Shown here one piece after another: positions 1 to 13,364 of a stretch of DNA of 64,000 nt (positions are counted from its first letter, which is position 1; each line of letters begins with the position of its first letter). The position numbers and the translations under genes are program-made. This stretch comes from Paramecium tetraurelia (Eukaryota): contig CT868009.1 of NCBI GenBank assembly GCA_000165425.1, positions 62,001 to 126,000 of the forward strand, read 5' to 3'. The notes beneath the pieces are model-generated. The model was given only the letters and a program-made list of their open reading frames with translations. It did not search any database and was not told the origin of the DNA.

Positions 1-511
1 GTTACACAAATTGTTTGATCCTGGAAGAAAATTGATGCCTCCTTTGTAATTGAAAATTGATCTGAAAAGTGCAAAGCATCTCGAATAGTAAGCTTTCAAT
101 GAACAATTAAAGATTAATTAGCAAAAGCAAATGAGAAGTCAAAGAAATTCCAGATCAAATAGTTTAGATCAGCAATAACGAGTCTCCTAAGGCTTTATTA
201 GTTAAAGGGAGCGCCGCTTTATGATGTATAGCAGAGCAAAGAAGCAAGATACAATTCAAGAAGACATCGAAATGCCAACAGAGGAGCAACAACCATCAGA
301 GAAGAAAAAGATCCCCCAAGTGGTGGACAATTAAGTCAATGATATTATTTCAAAACAGTTTGATCCTGAAGATAACAACAATGATAGCTAGATTTAAAAA
401 AAAGAAAGTGGTAATGGGAGTGAAATCAATGAGATTAATAGTTAAAAGGAAACCAATGACATTGTTAAAAATCAAGAAAGCACAAGCTAAGCAGATTAGG
501 ATGAAAGTTGA
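1..511 (+). CDS. 3' end of an unknown hydrophilic low-complexity protein (5' partial)
   Basis: Frame starting at base 2 is open in code 6 (LHKLFDPGRKLMPPLQLKIDLK...ESTSQADQDES) to TGA at 509-511. Confidence 0.75.
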
Positions 512-554
512 GATATTTGATTAATTATAAAGTTGTTTTTTTGTATAATATTTT

Positions 555-2932
555 ATGAGTGCAGTCGAAGAAATAGAGAGATGCTTATCTTAAGCAATTC
601 AACTGAGAACTGTTACTGAAATAGTAGCTACAATGGGTACAAAAGTGCTCACTCTACAGAACTTTTAATTATTGATAAAGAAATTCAATAAGAACATAAT
701 CAATAAAGAAGTTGAAGAATATTACTACAAAGTCCTCACAGATTTTGATAGTCGGGTTGGGATTACCTAAGAAATATTCGAAAAGTTAGTAGAGAATTTA
801 CCGAAACCTAAAAGACGACAAGATGTTGTAATGAGTTTAATTGAGGGGATACAATAGAAGAAAGCATCATTAGAAAGGATTTATAAATTTTTTGATTATG
901 ATGGGGATGGAAAAATGCAATTAAACGAAATGAAAGAACTTTTGGAATATTTATACCCAGAAATTACCGAAGAAGATATCAAAATACTAATGAAAAATAA
1001 TAATGAAGTCTAATTTTCTTTCGAAAATATTAAAACTTTATTATCTTTTGAATAAAATATGAATGCCGAAATTGTTATTGTTAAAGATAAAAATGAACTA
1101 AGTGACAGCGAGGAAGATGATGAATATTACGATGAATATGGAATGTTTAAAGGAAATCAAGAAGAATTCTTTGATGAATAGAGTTTCTCACAAGATTCCC
1201 CATTTTATGAATCTTTTATTAATTTCAAAAATCTCTACTTCAAATTGAAAGAAAACAAAACAATTTTCGTTGATCCCGACTTCAAGCCTGATGAGACAAG
1301 CTTAGGAAATGTGGGGACTAATTTTGAATGGAAAAGACTTACTGAGATCTGGAAGAATGCGTAAATCTTCTAAAAAGACCTATATCATTCCAACAATGAA
1401 TTAGGAGTTCATACTTTAGTTTCACCAAGAGACATTAAATAAGGATCACTTGGAGATTGCTATTTTTTATCTTCTTTAGGATCAATTGCTAGTAAACAGT
1501 AAATATATTATTTAATATATAGTCCTGATAAGATTTTCGATCTATTTTAGACTCCTATTCTAAATCCTTACGGTATTTATGGAGTTTGGCTTTGTATCCA
1601 GGGAGTTTGGAAATTGATTACTCTAGATGATTATGTACCTGTCTATGATGATCAACCAGCATTTAGCGGGAGTGACTCTCAAGAAATGTGGGTTATATTA
1701 TTAGAAAAGGCTTGGGCTAAGTTGTTTGGAAGCTATGCGAATATTGTAAGTGGTGATCCAAGGGAAGTAATAGCAAGCATTACAGGAGGACCTACTTGGT
1801 GTATCAGTAGTGATGAAAGCACTTTTATTGAGAGATTGAAACAAATTATGAATTCGTATCAAAATTATATTGTCTGTGCAGGAACATACTCTGATAAGCC
1901 AGAATCAGAAATGATGGGCTTAGTTCGTAATCATGCTTATTCGGTGTTGAATTTTCGAACTATTAAATTGCCAAGCAAAGAAGAAGTTTAACTCATATAA
2001 TTGAAGAATCCATATGGGAATGATTAAGAATGGAATGGAGATTGGAGTGATAAAAGTCCACTTTGGACAGAAGAGCTCAAAGATAATGTCTTACAAAATT
2101 AAGAGGCGGATGGCATATTTTTTATGTGCATTGAAGATTTCAGAAAGCATTTTGAAAATGCATATATAGGATTTTGTAATCCTTACTTTGAATTTGGCTA
2201 GATTACAATATAATGCCAAAGGAGGAAATCAGCTTATATTTTAGTAAATATTAAAAAAGATGGAGAGTATTATTTTTCTGCCTATTAAAAATCTTAAAGA
2301 ATGTTTAAATAATAATCAAAAGACTTATAACAATTATATGAATATTCAGAAATGCGTTTGATACTATCTAAAATGAATAAGAATAATTCCATTTAACCTT
2401 TAACATATAAGACTGAAACAGATATGAGTTTTAATATATTTGGAAGATTATAGAAAGGTCAATATATTCTTCAGCTTAAAGCTAATTGGGTAATGGAAGG
2501 GTGGGATTAGAATGATGTTCCTTTAGCCTCATATGGAGAAGACACAACTGAAATGAAATTTTGTTAGAAAATATCGAATTTCTAATAAGCATCTATCTTA
2601 TTTGAAGCAAAAGAAAAAAGAACAGAAGCTAAGCCTCTTAATCCTTCTCATCCTGAACTTGTTGTATTGAAGAATAAATCTTTAGCATATGGGTATTATA
2701 TTAAATAATTAGATATCCTTACCTTTATTATTAAAATTTATCCAAAGAAAAGACATTCAATTTCAATTTAGTATTTGAAGGAGATATAAAACTAAAGAAA
2801 CCTCACGGTGGTAATTTAGTAGAAATTGAACTTAAGCCAGGATAAGATAAGTTGATTGTATACAAATTCTTGGTGAAAGGAACAAAAATGAAATATCAAG
2901 TTCACAAATTTAAATGTGTAACTGTGTAATGA
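555..2932 (+). CDS. Calpain-family cysteine protease with N-terminal EF-hand region
   Basis: EF loop FDYDGDGKMQLNE; catalytic motifs QGSLGDCYFLS, NHAYSV, KNPYG; LLEKAWAKLFGSY; introns near 1499-1521 and 2693-2712; stop TGA at 2930-2932. Confidence 0.93.
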
Positions 2933-2968
2933 AATATTATATATAATGTTAAATATTTTCATAATATA

Positions 2969-5347
2969 TCAAGCTTATTAGGAAAAGTACTTATTGATTA
3001 AGTTTTACAATGTAACAAGTGATATCGGTTTTGGTATGAATTCTTTCATACCACACAGTCGTCCCTATTCAACGTTTTCTTCTCCAGTGTAGGCTGAGTG
3101 CATGACTATGACTGATTGGGCATTTACTTTTTTCAAGATTGTCACTATCTATAAATCAATTGAATCTTACTTCAGAGGAGGTTTGGAATCCATTTTTGCC
3201 TGGCATTTCTAAATCCATGAAAATTATACGATAAGATTTGCAACATTACGAATTTCTTATTCTTTCACTCACCTTTTCAATTGCCTAGTCTCCATCATAC
3301 GCACTTTCTGAAGTAACGTTGAAACTATTGAGTATTGCTATTAAGGCTATGTGATTAAATGGTATATCATCAACAATTAATATTTATGGACAGACACATT
3401 TCTTTAATGTATTCTTACTGGCTAGTCTTAAGATAGTTTCTTCAGAAATATCTTCGTCAATTTTCATAAATTTATCTTCAACAAAGAAATTAATTGAAGT
3501 GTAGCATCCAGATTAACTTTTGATTATTAAATCACCATTAGTGCTTAGATATTTGACTATGCCTCTACTCACTTTCAAGCCAATTCCTAATTTGTTTGAA
3601 TAAAATTGATTATCATTAACTTTGGTGCTCAAGATCATATTTTGCTATTATTCAAATATATTCGACATTGTCTAATTAGATATTCCTTTTCCATTGTCCC
3701 ACACTGTAAATTAATACAAGTTATCTCTTTTTTTAACATTGACAACAATCCTTCCACCTTAAGGAGTAAATTTAATTGAATTGCTTATTAAATTAATTAA
3801 AACTTAAGTTATTCTTTCTTTATCATTTCTGATTACAATTAGACAGTCAATTTCAATTATCATTTGAATTTTCTTTTGTGCACATTCTTGTATAAAGAAA
3901 TCTTTTAAGGTTTGGAATACGTCACCAACAGTAAATTCACAGATGTTAAGTTTAAAATCTTGACATTCAATTTAGGCATAATCTAAAATGTCATTGATCT
4001 AATATAATAGACGATGACTAGTAACCATAGCTGGATTTAGATAATCATTATTGATTTCATCATTCTTCAATTTGCTTTTTAGTGCCTATAATAAAGATAG
4101 AGTGCAATTAAGAGGAGTTCTTAATTCATGACTGAATGAATTCAATAATTATTATTGGAAAATAAATCTATTGGTTAATTGTTTCAATTGTTCTTTATTA
4201 GTGATGTTCTCCACAATAAATAAGAAGAGGGTTGATTTTAAATTGGATGGCATTTTAATTTCATAAATTTTGATTGAGATATATTTGTATTTGATAGAGG
4301 ATTCTTGGTTAATCTGATATTTAACTATGCAACAAGATTCAGAATTGATGGTTATGTTATCATTCGTATTCCTCACTTTAAACTCATTGATTATAGCTTA
4401 CAAAGAGGGATACATCATAGAGTCTCCCTTCTAGAAGCTGTAATTTAATTATTATCTATCTGATGTCCAGAATTACTTTTTCAAAGAAGAAGCTAATGAA
4501 CCTGAGTAGCTGAAGTGCATTTCACTATTTTATTTCATGGATTTCAAATGCAAGGGTCTCTTCCTGTCCTTATCTTTCATTGGGACTTTGTTTTTTTGTG
4601 CTCTTAATTAGAATAATAACATTACATTTTGAGTAAACTATCCAGCGATTATGGAATTGTTGAGGGTTCCTTAATTTGCAAATATTGCAGAATCTTGGAG
4701 TTATGTTTGATTATATTGAAGTATTCATCAAGTATTACTAATCCTTCAGGAATATAATCAAAAAAGTCCTCGGTCATATTGGTCTTGGTCACTATTTCAT
4801 CCACTCCTTGCGTGTGTTGAGCTTGGGGAGAGGAGATGGTCTGAAAGTGAACTTAGGTAGTGATGTCTTCTTTCTTTTGGGGTTTCTTCGATTTATGCAG
4901 ATATAACAAATAATGGTTGAGCGGTTGCCACAAGAACATGAGAAGTATTTCTGAAATCAATAAGTTTGTGAATTCCCTAATGAGAAATCTGAGAATAGCG
5001 TAGATTAGTGCACAATGGCTTAAGTAGTCAAAGAGTCCATTGTGTCTTTGTAGATAGAGTTGAATTTGCATCATGTAAATTATTGCACTTTAGGCTGAAA
5101 TAGTACTCCTTTCGTAAAATGCAATCTCATAATGTATTACTATAATTGTTTGAATTAGTAGGTGAATAATCAATTTCTACTTCCCAATATGATAAATCAT
5201 GTAATAGCATACAAGTATTGAGACTGATGCACATGAATTCAATCCTAATGCAACAGCATCCTTTTCATCTTGACTGCCTCTCTCGATAATATTCACAATG
5301 TTTTTCAATAATAACTACCCCATCAATAAAATTATGCTGATATTCAT
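2969..5347 (-). CDS. Membrane-bound hybrid histidine kinase with C-terminal receiver domain
   Basis: Hydrophobic N-terminus; H-box FSHELRTPLN; N-box QVLINLISNSIKFT; G1 VWDNGKGI; G2 LGIGL; receiver ILIVDD, IIFMDLEMPGKNG, FIPKP. Alternative start ATG at 5323. Confidence 0.92.
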
Positions 5348-5358
5348 TTTTATTTATA

Positions 5359-6120
5359 ATGAAATAATTGTCTCAGACTTCTCAATCATACAAAGCCAAA
5401 CAAAAAAGTGAACCCTCACTCCTGCCAAACATAGATATTCTTAAAGAGAACGTCAAATCAAGTTTTGCACTTGGACATCTCAGAGGTCTCTTGACTTATA
5501 AGCAGGTTCGAGAATTACCTAAAACAGAAATACAAGTGAGAAGAGATCAAACTTTTGGTAAAGCCAACAAAAAATCAAAAAATAAAAGACTTACCTTTTT
5601 AAAATTTGGATTTAGAACTCATGAAAAGAAGAATAATTACTATCTTTAACCTTTGATTCAAAAAGTAAAGGATGCTTTTGGTGAAGTTGCCAATGATGGT
5701 TCAATGGGAGTTGTAGATCTATGGAGTGATCGAAATGTGAATAGGTTGATGGATGCAATCTAGATGACAAGGGATAATTTAATTGTAAGGAAATTGGGTA
5801 AAGAACTGAATGAGGAAGAACATTTTTTACTGACACGAATGGAAGAAAAAAAAATGAGAGACAGGATTTTTATGGAATCCTTGAAACTGCAATTTTAGGA
5901 GACTGACACATTCTCACTCAAGTTTTAGTTATCTGACAAAGACAAGAGAATTGTGTAAAGAGTTGCTTAACCTACAATTTCAAGCAATCTTAGATACAAC
6001 AATCCCAATGAAAACATTTAAACCATTGTGGAAAGCATCGATCAATTACATCAGGAGAATCTGGAAATCTACACAGATCTGTATAAATAGATTAAATCCA
6101 TTCAGAAACATATTAAGTGA
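5359..6120 (+). CDS. Unknown 253-aa protein, intronless
   Basis: Continuous code-6 ORF MKQLSQTSQSYK...IKSIQKHIK ending in TGA; 762 nt. Confidence 0.8.
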
Positions 6121-6295
6121 GTTGTTCTATGACCATTGCTAATGGTATGATTAATTAATCTGTCTGTTTTGTGTTATTATATTTAATTAGTAAGAAGAAA
6201 TTTGTTGATATTTTTATAATCTAGGATTACTTAACAATTACATCATATGTATATATATTAATCAAAATACGTATACAAATGAGACTACATGAAAT

Positions 6296-7363
6296 TCACG
6301 AAGAGAGTAGTCGATTCATATAGTTGTTTTCGTTTTTATAGATTCTATCATGTTCTCGTTTTATTTAGTATAATTGTTACTTCAGATCACTTTTGCAATT
6401 GTCAATCTTTTTAGCATTCTCTTCACAAAACCATTTAGCATCTTGAAGCCTAATTTGAAATTGCTCCTTCAAATCTTCCTCTGGTTCTGTCTTGAACACT
6501 CGTTTCTCGAATTATAAAATAGCTTCATTCTAAGATTTCAATTACTTAAAGGCTGCATCCCTATATTTCTACTCATGCAGATGTCGTTTAAATGTTTTCT
6601 CTGCCTTCTTCATCTTATCTTGCATCGATGGTTACTTCTTCTCCAACATATGTTCTCGAATAACAACCCAATCGTCACTACTTTGATATGGTTACAACTT
6701 GGTTTTTAGTTTCCATCCCACTCCATTGGGTTCCAATTCCTAATTCTGTTGGATTCTCTGATATTTCTTCAATAACTGTTCCATGTACTTTTTCAATTAA
6801 TTAGGTGTTAATTTATCTTTCATCTAAAACAGGAGTCTCGTTTCCTTAATCTCCTGATTGGATCTATTCATCCTCTTCATTGAATCTTTACTGTTGATTA
6901 AGCAGAATTTGCAATAATCGGGTAATCCTTACTCCTATTGCATTTTTATCAGTTCTTCTTTTATTTCTATATATTTGCTGTCAGTCTGCCATCTGGTGAT
7001 GTTGAGTTCAGAAGGATTATCTATTTTTTTCAGTAAAGCTTGAATGTCACGATTACGTTATCTATCCTCATTTTTGATTCTCGATATACTCGATACAATA
7101 TCCTCACAAGTGTGGCTTACTTCATTGATAATGTTCGAAAATTGCGAGTTCACGAAACGAGTACGAAAAGTGTCTGAGTGTTCTTAAAATTTGGTTTCTA
7201 GTGATTTATAAGGTTTAAGTTTTTTTTTGACAGTAATCTCTCTACTTCTTCCTTTGACAATATTACATTTATTTTCAATTTGATCTTTGAGCTTTTTAAA
7301 GGACCTCAAACGACATTCATCTTTTTTTCTAAAATACTCAGCATCCTAATATTATTATTACAT
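6296..7363 (-). CDS. Unknown charged, probably coiled-coil protein
   Basis: Code-6 ORF beginning MQQQYQDAEYFRKKDECRLRSFKK, K/E/Q-rich, TGA at 6296-6298. Confidence 0.75.
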
Positions 7364-7656
7364 TTTTTATACAATAATATATATAAGTTTCTAATTAAGA
7401 ATTCTTCAGATAGCAATATTATTTTCCAATATCAATATTTACACTCATAAATTTATTACATCAATCTGATTTCTTAGTATAAATTCGAACCTCGTATTTT
7501 TGTTGAATAGAAAGATAAGTATTTGAATTAGAATTGCAGATATTAATTTTATGAAGAATAGTCGTTTTATTTTAAATATTTATATGTTAAATGTGAAGTA
7601 GATGCAATGAATATAAAAGAAAACTAGTTGGAGTTAGTTTATAATCTATAATAAAT

Positions 7657-8041
7657 TCAAATTTATAATTGACGCTTGAAACGATCTTTAATGAACTGTG
7701 TCTCTTTCTCTAAATTAGCTGCTAGTTTGTTAGATGTTTCAACAATCTATTCGATGTTACAGTTAAAAATTATACTCGATTGTATGTTAAGTCTGTTTCT
7801 TCTATCATCTTATTGTAATTAGCCAATTTTGATTCTTTGTCTTTCAAGATAGCAACCCTCAAGTCTAATTCCATTTACATCTTCCTGATTTATGCGTCAA
7901 ATGCTTGGAAATCAGTTTTCTCTTTTTAATATTCTTGCAAGAGTTCATCTCGTTCTCTCTTCATGCTTTCGATGGCTTGAGTGTTATGAGAAATAGAGTC
8001 ATACCATTTTGTAGGTTCTAAAAAGCTAATTCATCATCCAT
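7657..8041 (-). CDS. SSNA1: SSNA1/DIP13(NA14)-like small coiled-coil protein, about 108 aa
   Basis: With two 29-nt introns it reads MDDELAFQNLQNAIESMKRERDELL...YNKMIEETDLTYNRIVETSNKL. This matches my recollection of SSNA1 (IEELCQKREEL...[22 protein letters not shown]) in length and register. Confidence 0.7.
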
Positions 8042-8082
8042 AGTAAAACAAAAAATAAAATTAAACAAAAATTAGAGTAAAG

Positions 8083-9511
8083 TCATTATAATAATTCTTA
8101 GTAATTCCTTTCTAATCTAATGGACAAATCACTTTTGTTTTAGAAGGCTTAAGATATTTATTTAGCTTTTAGAATGCCCTTTTATGCCAATTCAGAATTG
8201 CATTCCAAGGCTTACATAATACCCCAATTCATGAGCACTTGTGCAGCTTTGAGTGATTCCTGTTTAACACATTGAAAGGCATTATGGAAGTATTTTTGTG
8301 CTTGTTTGTAATCGTTTGTGTGTGCATACAAGATACCAAGTAAATTGTAGACAGGAGATAATTGTGTTTTGAATTCTGAATTGACGATATTAGATTCTTT
8401 GTTGTTGTTGTTATTGTTATTGTTATTATTATTGTTATTATTATTGTTATTATTATTGTTATTGTTGTTCATTTCATAAATTTGAATACATTGTTCAGCA
8501 AATTAAAATGCGGCATCATAATCTTTACGGAGATAGGCTAATTCAGCTAAGATGAAATAAGTATCAGCTATGCGTTCATCCTCTTCTGGGAGATAATCTC
8601 TATAGATAGCTAAGCTTTCATAACACAATTTACTGGCTGTATCGGGATTTTCTTAAATTATTGCAGATAATTACTCATCCATCCATTCAATCTTGAAAGC
8701 TATGTAAGAACATAGGCAATGTCAAGACGCCAATTAAGTTATTCGTAATGTAATAATGCATCATAAAAGTATTGTTAACATTTCTAAAAGTTTTTTGAAA
8801 TGAAACACACTTTACCTGCCTCGATTAATAGTTTGCCCTTAAAAGTCGGCTCATTTATATCAAACTTGGTTAAGCAATTTTCATAATATAAAATTGCATG
8901 TTAATAATCACCTTGGAGTTTCATGGCATTTCCCAAGATGTATAAAGAACGGAGGGCCAACACAGTGTATTTGTATAGAAATTATTTCTTGTTGACATTC
9001 TTAATTAAGAGTAATCGGATTTGCTCAAATAGTGCTTTCAGAGCAATAACGACACTAGAGGAGTTATCGCAATTCAAACCTCGTTCCACGGAGTCGAGAT
9101 TATTGGTGATGTACTCAATATTCCATGGTTCTTCATCACTGTAGAATGATTGATGAGAGAAATCCGATTCACTTTGAGAGTGTTGATGCTAAGTTAATTG
9201 AGCCAGCGTATTAAGGGGACCTTGAATCTTCTTAGAAAAAGATTGATCAAGAAAAGCACCGTTCTCCCGCTCCGAGTATGTGATTAGTCCATCCAACTCA
9301 GTTCTACCCAGTAATGGGAACTAATTGTTTTTCGTCTCGAGACATTCTGTCTATCTATTTTGACATTGTGAGGCCTTACTTCACTACTTAGTGTCTTCAG
9401 CTCTACGATATGTCCTGATAATACTTTTTCCCTTATCTTGCGTAATACATCTATCAATTATTCATCTCTTAACAAAGTCTCTCTATCCACTCGTTCGAAT
9501 ATACGAGACAT
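8083..9511 (-). CDS. Tetratricopeptide-repeat protein with poly-Asn insertion
   Basis: TPR-like helices SLYILGNAMKLQGDYQHAILYYENCL and VYNLLGILYAHTNDYKQAQKYFHNAF; TGA at 8083-8085. Confidence 0.85.
8401..8469 (-). repeat. (AAT/AAC)23 coding microsatellite, poly-Asn
   Basis: 23 consecutive Asn codons in frame within the TPR gene. Confidence 0.95.
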
Positions 9512-9551
9512 TCAATAAATTAAAATTAATATCTATAAATTTGTATTTTCA

Positions 9552-10970
9552 TCACTCCTTCCTTTTCCCCTATCCAAATTTCGTAATCTTGAAAAACCCC
9601 CAAACCACGACCATCACAATCTGGGCTACCCATCCAAGATCATTCATTGTTTTCCACACCTTATCCCATTTCAGCAATCCAATGGGAGTGGCAGTTGAAT
9701 TCACAGCCAATTGACCATAAATGGCACAAATGAATTTCTGAATCGGAATCGGGATACTTCGACATAATTATAAGAATTTACAATTTAAATTTATCCTTTG
9801 CTCTATAAACCTACTTGGTGATCTCATTAAAAATTGCCCATTCAATAAAAAATACATAGTAGGCAATAAAGAACCCATGCCTACATACTATAATATAATA
9901 CCAGTATGCACTCAAAACAAAAGTGAGGAGCAGAGCTGATTTGTGTTACTTGTATCTATCATAAAAACAAGTTTGCAACCATGCTTAAACACTTGAATTC
10001 CAATGCTTTGTTCTTTTAATGGGCGAAAACTCAATCTCAAATTTGTAATTGGCCAAACGATAATTAGAAAACTCTATCGTTACTAATTATATTGTACCTT
10101 GTCCATCAAATGTAATTCCTCCTGCATCCATTGAAGCCTAAGAGAAGTTAAATGCAAGAAAGTATTTGAATCTCTCACAACATGAAATCAATTGGCAAAC
10201 CAAATGACGAATCAATAGGGAATGCTCTTCCCATTATTGAGTGCTAAAATAGGCGAAACTGAACTTTGGTCTAATAAGTTGATCAGCTAATCATAGTCAG
10301 CTTATTAGGTACCTGCCACAAAGAGAAGAGCCTTAAATAGGGATATGAAAGCCCTTTTAAAACTGTAACCCATGTTGGCATAGACTCCCTTGAGATTGAT
10401 GAAATCAATGTAGGCTGTGAAGGGAACTGTGCCAACGATGATGTTTGGAAAATAGAACACATAACTGATATAATCGAGAAATGTGAAGGACAATCGATCT
10501 TAAGCTGCAACTCCCACGTATACGAATCGACATGTCAACATCATCTGCACTACGTTAAATCCCATCTTCCAAGACGAGTCTGCGTTCTACTGATAGTTTG
10601 CCATTAACCATGATGCGGTCGTAATGTAAGTAGCCTAAAACGAGAAAGCTGATAGATGCAATGGGGATAAATGGTCTCCTCAGCAATCTCATAAAATAGA
10701 TGACAAGTGTCTATGCCATAACCAACTCTATCCATTAAGCTCCCAAGTACAACATAAAGAAGAGTCCCCAAAAAAATGTGTAAGATTTTCGTATGATGGG
10801 ACTTTTCAAGTATCGTAGTATAATCCCCAATGGAAAAACAAGCAGCTTTAAACATACACTCAAATCATTACAAAATGCACAAGCAACTTAAATTAGTCAG
10901 CCTGAACTCCAACTACATTTAGTCGATTTATTTGCATAGCAATCTCGTCAAATAATCCAACTATGGTCAT
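9552..10970 (-). CDS. MBOAT-family acyltransferase (lysophospholipid acyltransferase-like)
   Basis: Multi-TM; WNSSVQAWL motif; SAYWHGFFIAYY with the catalytic His after removing a 21-nt intron (9881-9901); YVFYFPNIIVG motif. Confidence 0.9.
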
Positions 10971-11183
10971 AAATTAATTATTTTATATTCAAATAACTCA
11001 GCTATTCATTCTAATCATCCAAATTTCCTCCAACTTTCAACCTAGTCTACATATTTATAAACGTCTTGACTCTCATGATCTGTCCATCAAACATTCAAAT
11101 CCTGCAGAATGATTACCGTTTTGAGTGATACGAATTATCGATTGATTACTATTAATTAGCATATTAGACTTTGTATTTAATTA

Positions 11184-13336
11184 ATGAAAACATAATTCAC
11201 TCATGTACCCTTTTTTCTCAAAGACAAGGATATCACTGATAATGATCAAACTCTTATGTTACGCAACAAGAATATCAATACGTGGCCCAACGAAATCCAC
11301 ACTCAATTGCTTATACTTGATTTGAGTGGAAATAGATTTCAGACTATCCCACATCAAGTCAATTTAATTTAGCACCTGCAAAAACTCATATTGCGAGATA
11401 ATTCGATTGACAACATAGAAACATCTCTGAATCTGCCTTAACTCTTGCATTTGGATCTTAGTTATAATTACATAAGTAATTCTCATTTAACTATTAAGGA
11501 AAGGTGCCTTCCAGCCTAATTAGGTTGAATTCCTTGCATCATTTAAACCTCAACTCCAATTTGATTGATGAATTGCCTCGTCAACTCTTTGATTTACAGT
11601 TGTTCTTCTTAGGTATTGCCAAAAATGCCTTCACTATGATTCCTTAAGACATTTGCAAGGTCATCAAAAAACTAGAATAATTTGAATTAGATTGGCTAAA
11701 TTATTGCAATTTCTCCTACTTTATGGATGAATAAACATGTAAGAAATTAATGGTTGTATTTGCACAGGATTGTACTTTTTCGCAATTCTACGAATACTTT
11801 ATGAACTCCTAATTCTCTTACAATTTGGAAAAGATAATTAACAATCACTCATTGGGAATACTCAAACTATCTTTTGAATTTTAAATTGAAGTTTCAATGA
11901 AAAGTTTAATTTTTGTTGTCTCTTAACCCGGAACTAAAGAGAACATTAAATTTATAGATTACTTAATAGATCTCCTAAATTAGAATGATTCCCAGCTATT
12001 AAATGTTATATATATATTAAGTGCAAGAACAAATTAAACTTTTATCATCTAAATTCTATCCAAGTACACTATCAATTTACATTATCCCATCAAATTCGAT
12101 CTGATCTGCAATCACAAGATCTTGATTATCAAAGGTTAAACACCCTATACTACACTCTTGCAGCACAGTCACAATATTGAGGCCATCATGGATTTTCAGG
12201 TGCAAAAAGGCTTTAATCCTAAAATTAAGCATTAAGGCGAGAACTGTTTGCATATAGCAGTCAGATTAAACGCATATGAAGGAGTTAAGTGGGCATTGAA
12301 AAATTGCAATGTCGATTAAAGTGACAGCATACATAAAAACACTCCTTTGCATATCCTCTTTCAAAGATAACAGTCAGTCGACATCTTTTATTTGTTAGAA
12401 AATTACAGGCCTAATCCTTTTATTGTCAATCGCTATAACAAAATTCCCCGTTACTATTAGACTTAAATGATTCAATTAAGATTTGTCAAATTATATTTAA
12501 AATACGAGAAATGCTACCTGAGATTTCACTTCCTAACATACAACTCAAATAAATTTCATGGAATGATTACTTTAGGAAGCAGATCAAATGCTAGATAAGA
12601 GAGTGAAATCTCAGCAGTAAATACAACTGATACGAGCATTTTAAGTGGAGAATAATTACTTGAGTATCTACTGAGTGAGATTTTAAAAATACTGAGGTCA
12701 TCAAAATAGATTCCCTTAGTTATTGATAAGATTAATCTATTAATAGACACATCCTAAGATTTACATGCAAAGATGTGCATATAATAAATATTATATCTTT
12801 TAAATTGCAAAGCCAAGTATGGTTGGAATTATAAATCTACATTTTTGCCTTAACTCATAACTTAAATTAATTTGTTATTCAAGAATAGATTCTACTTAGA
12901 AAAACGATTTTTTTTTTCCCATGATCTCAAGTAAATGATATCGGAAAACAAAAAACAAATAATAAACCAGAATAACATTGCTTAGAATAAGATCGAATAA
13001 GAACACATAGTTAACTTATCTTAAAAGCTTAAATTCAACATCTCTAATATACTTGACAATCAAACTAATACAAGATTTCATGAGTAATATGTGATCAATT
13101 ACATGAACATTGCTTATCTATGCAAAAATAGGAAGATGTTAAGAAAGGATAATATTAACATCTTAAATCAGTTTGAAGAATTGTAGATCAGAAAGGATAT
13201 TTCTGCTGAGGAATTGATAGACCTCCCTGAAAGTCCACGTAACACTCTTCTTGAGAAAATGAAACACGCTCCTGTAGTGAAGGCCAAATTCAAAGATTTT
13301 CCAAATATTAGATCAAAGTCATAGATAGATATGTGA
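11184..13336 (+). CDS. Leucine-rich-repeat protein with ankyrin-like repeats
   Basis: LRRs LLILDLSGNRFQTIP, LQKLILRDNSI, LLHLDLSYNYI, LHHLNLNSNLIDELP; ankyrin-like GQTPLYTLL, GENCLHIAV, KNTPLHIL; intron near 11476-11498. Confidence 0.85.
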
Positions 13337-13364
13337 ATAATTAACTAATAATTAATAACTAATA

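Noticed and set aside
2969..5347. Histidine kinase as bacterial contamination or recent horizontal transfer
   Set aside because: It has tiny introns, TAA/TAG Gln codons and host-like base composition.
11040..11160. Possible C/D-box snoRNA in the MBOAT-LRR spacer
   Set aside because: Only imperfect box-like words (ATGATC, ATGATT), with no good D box or terminal stem.
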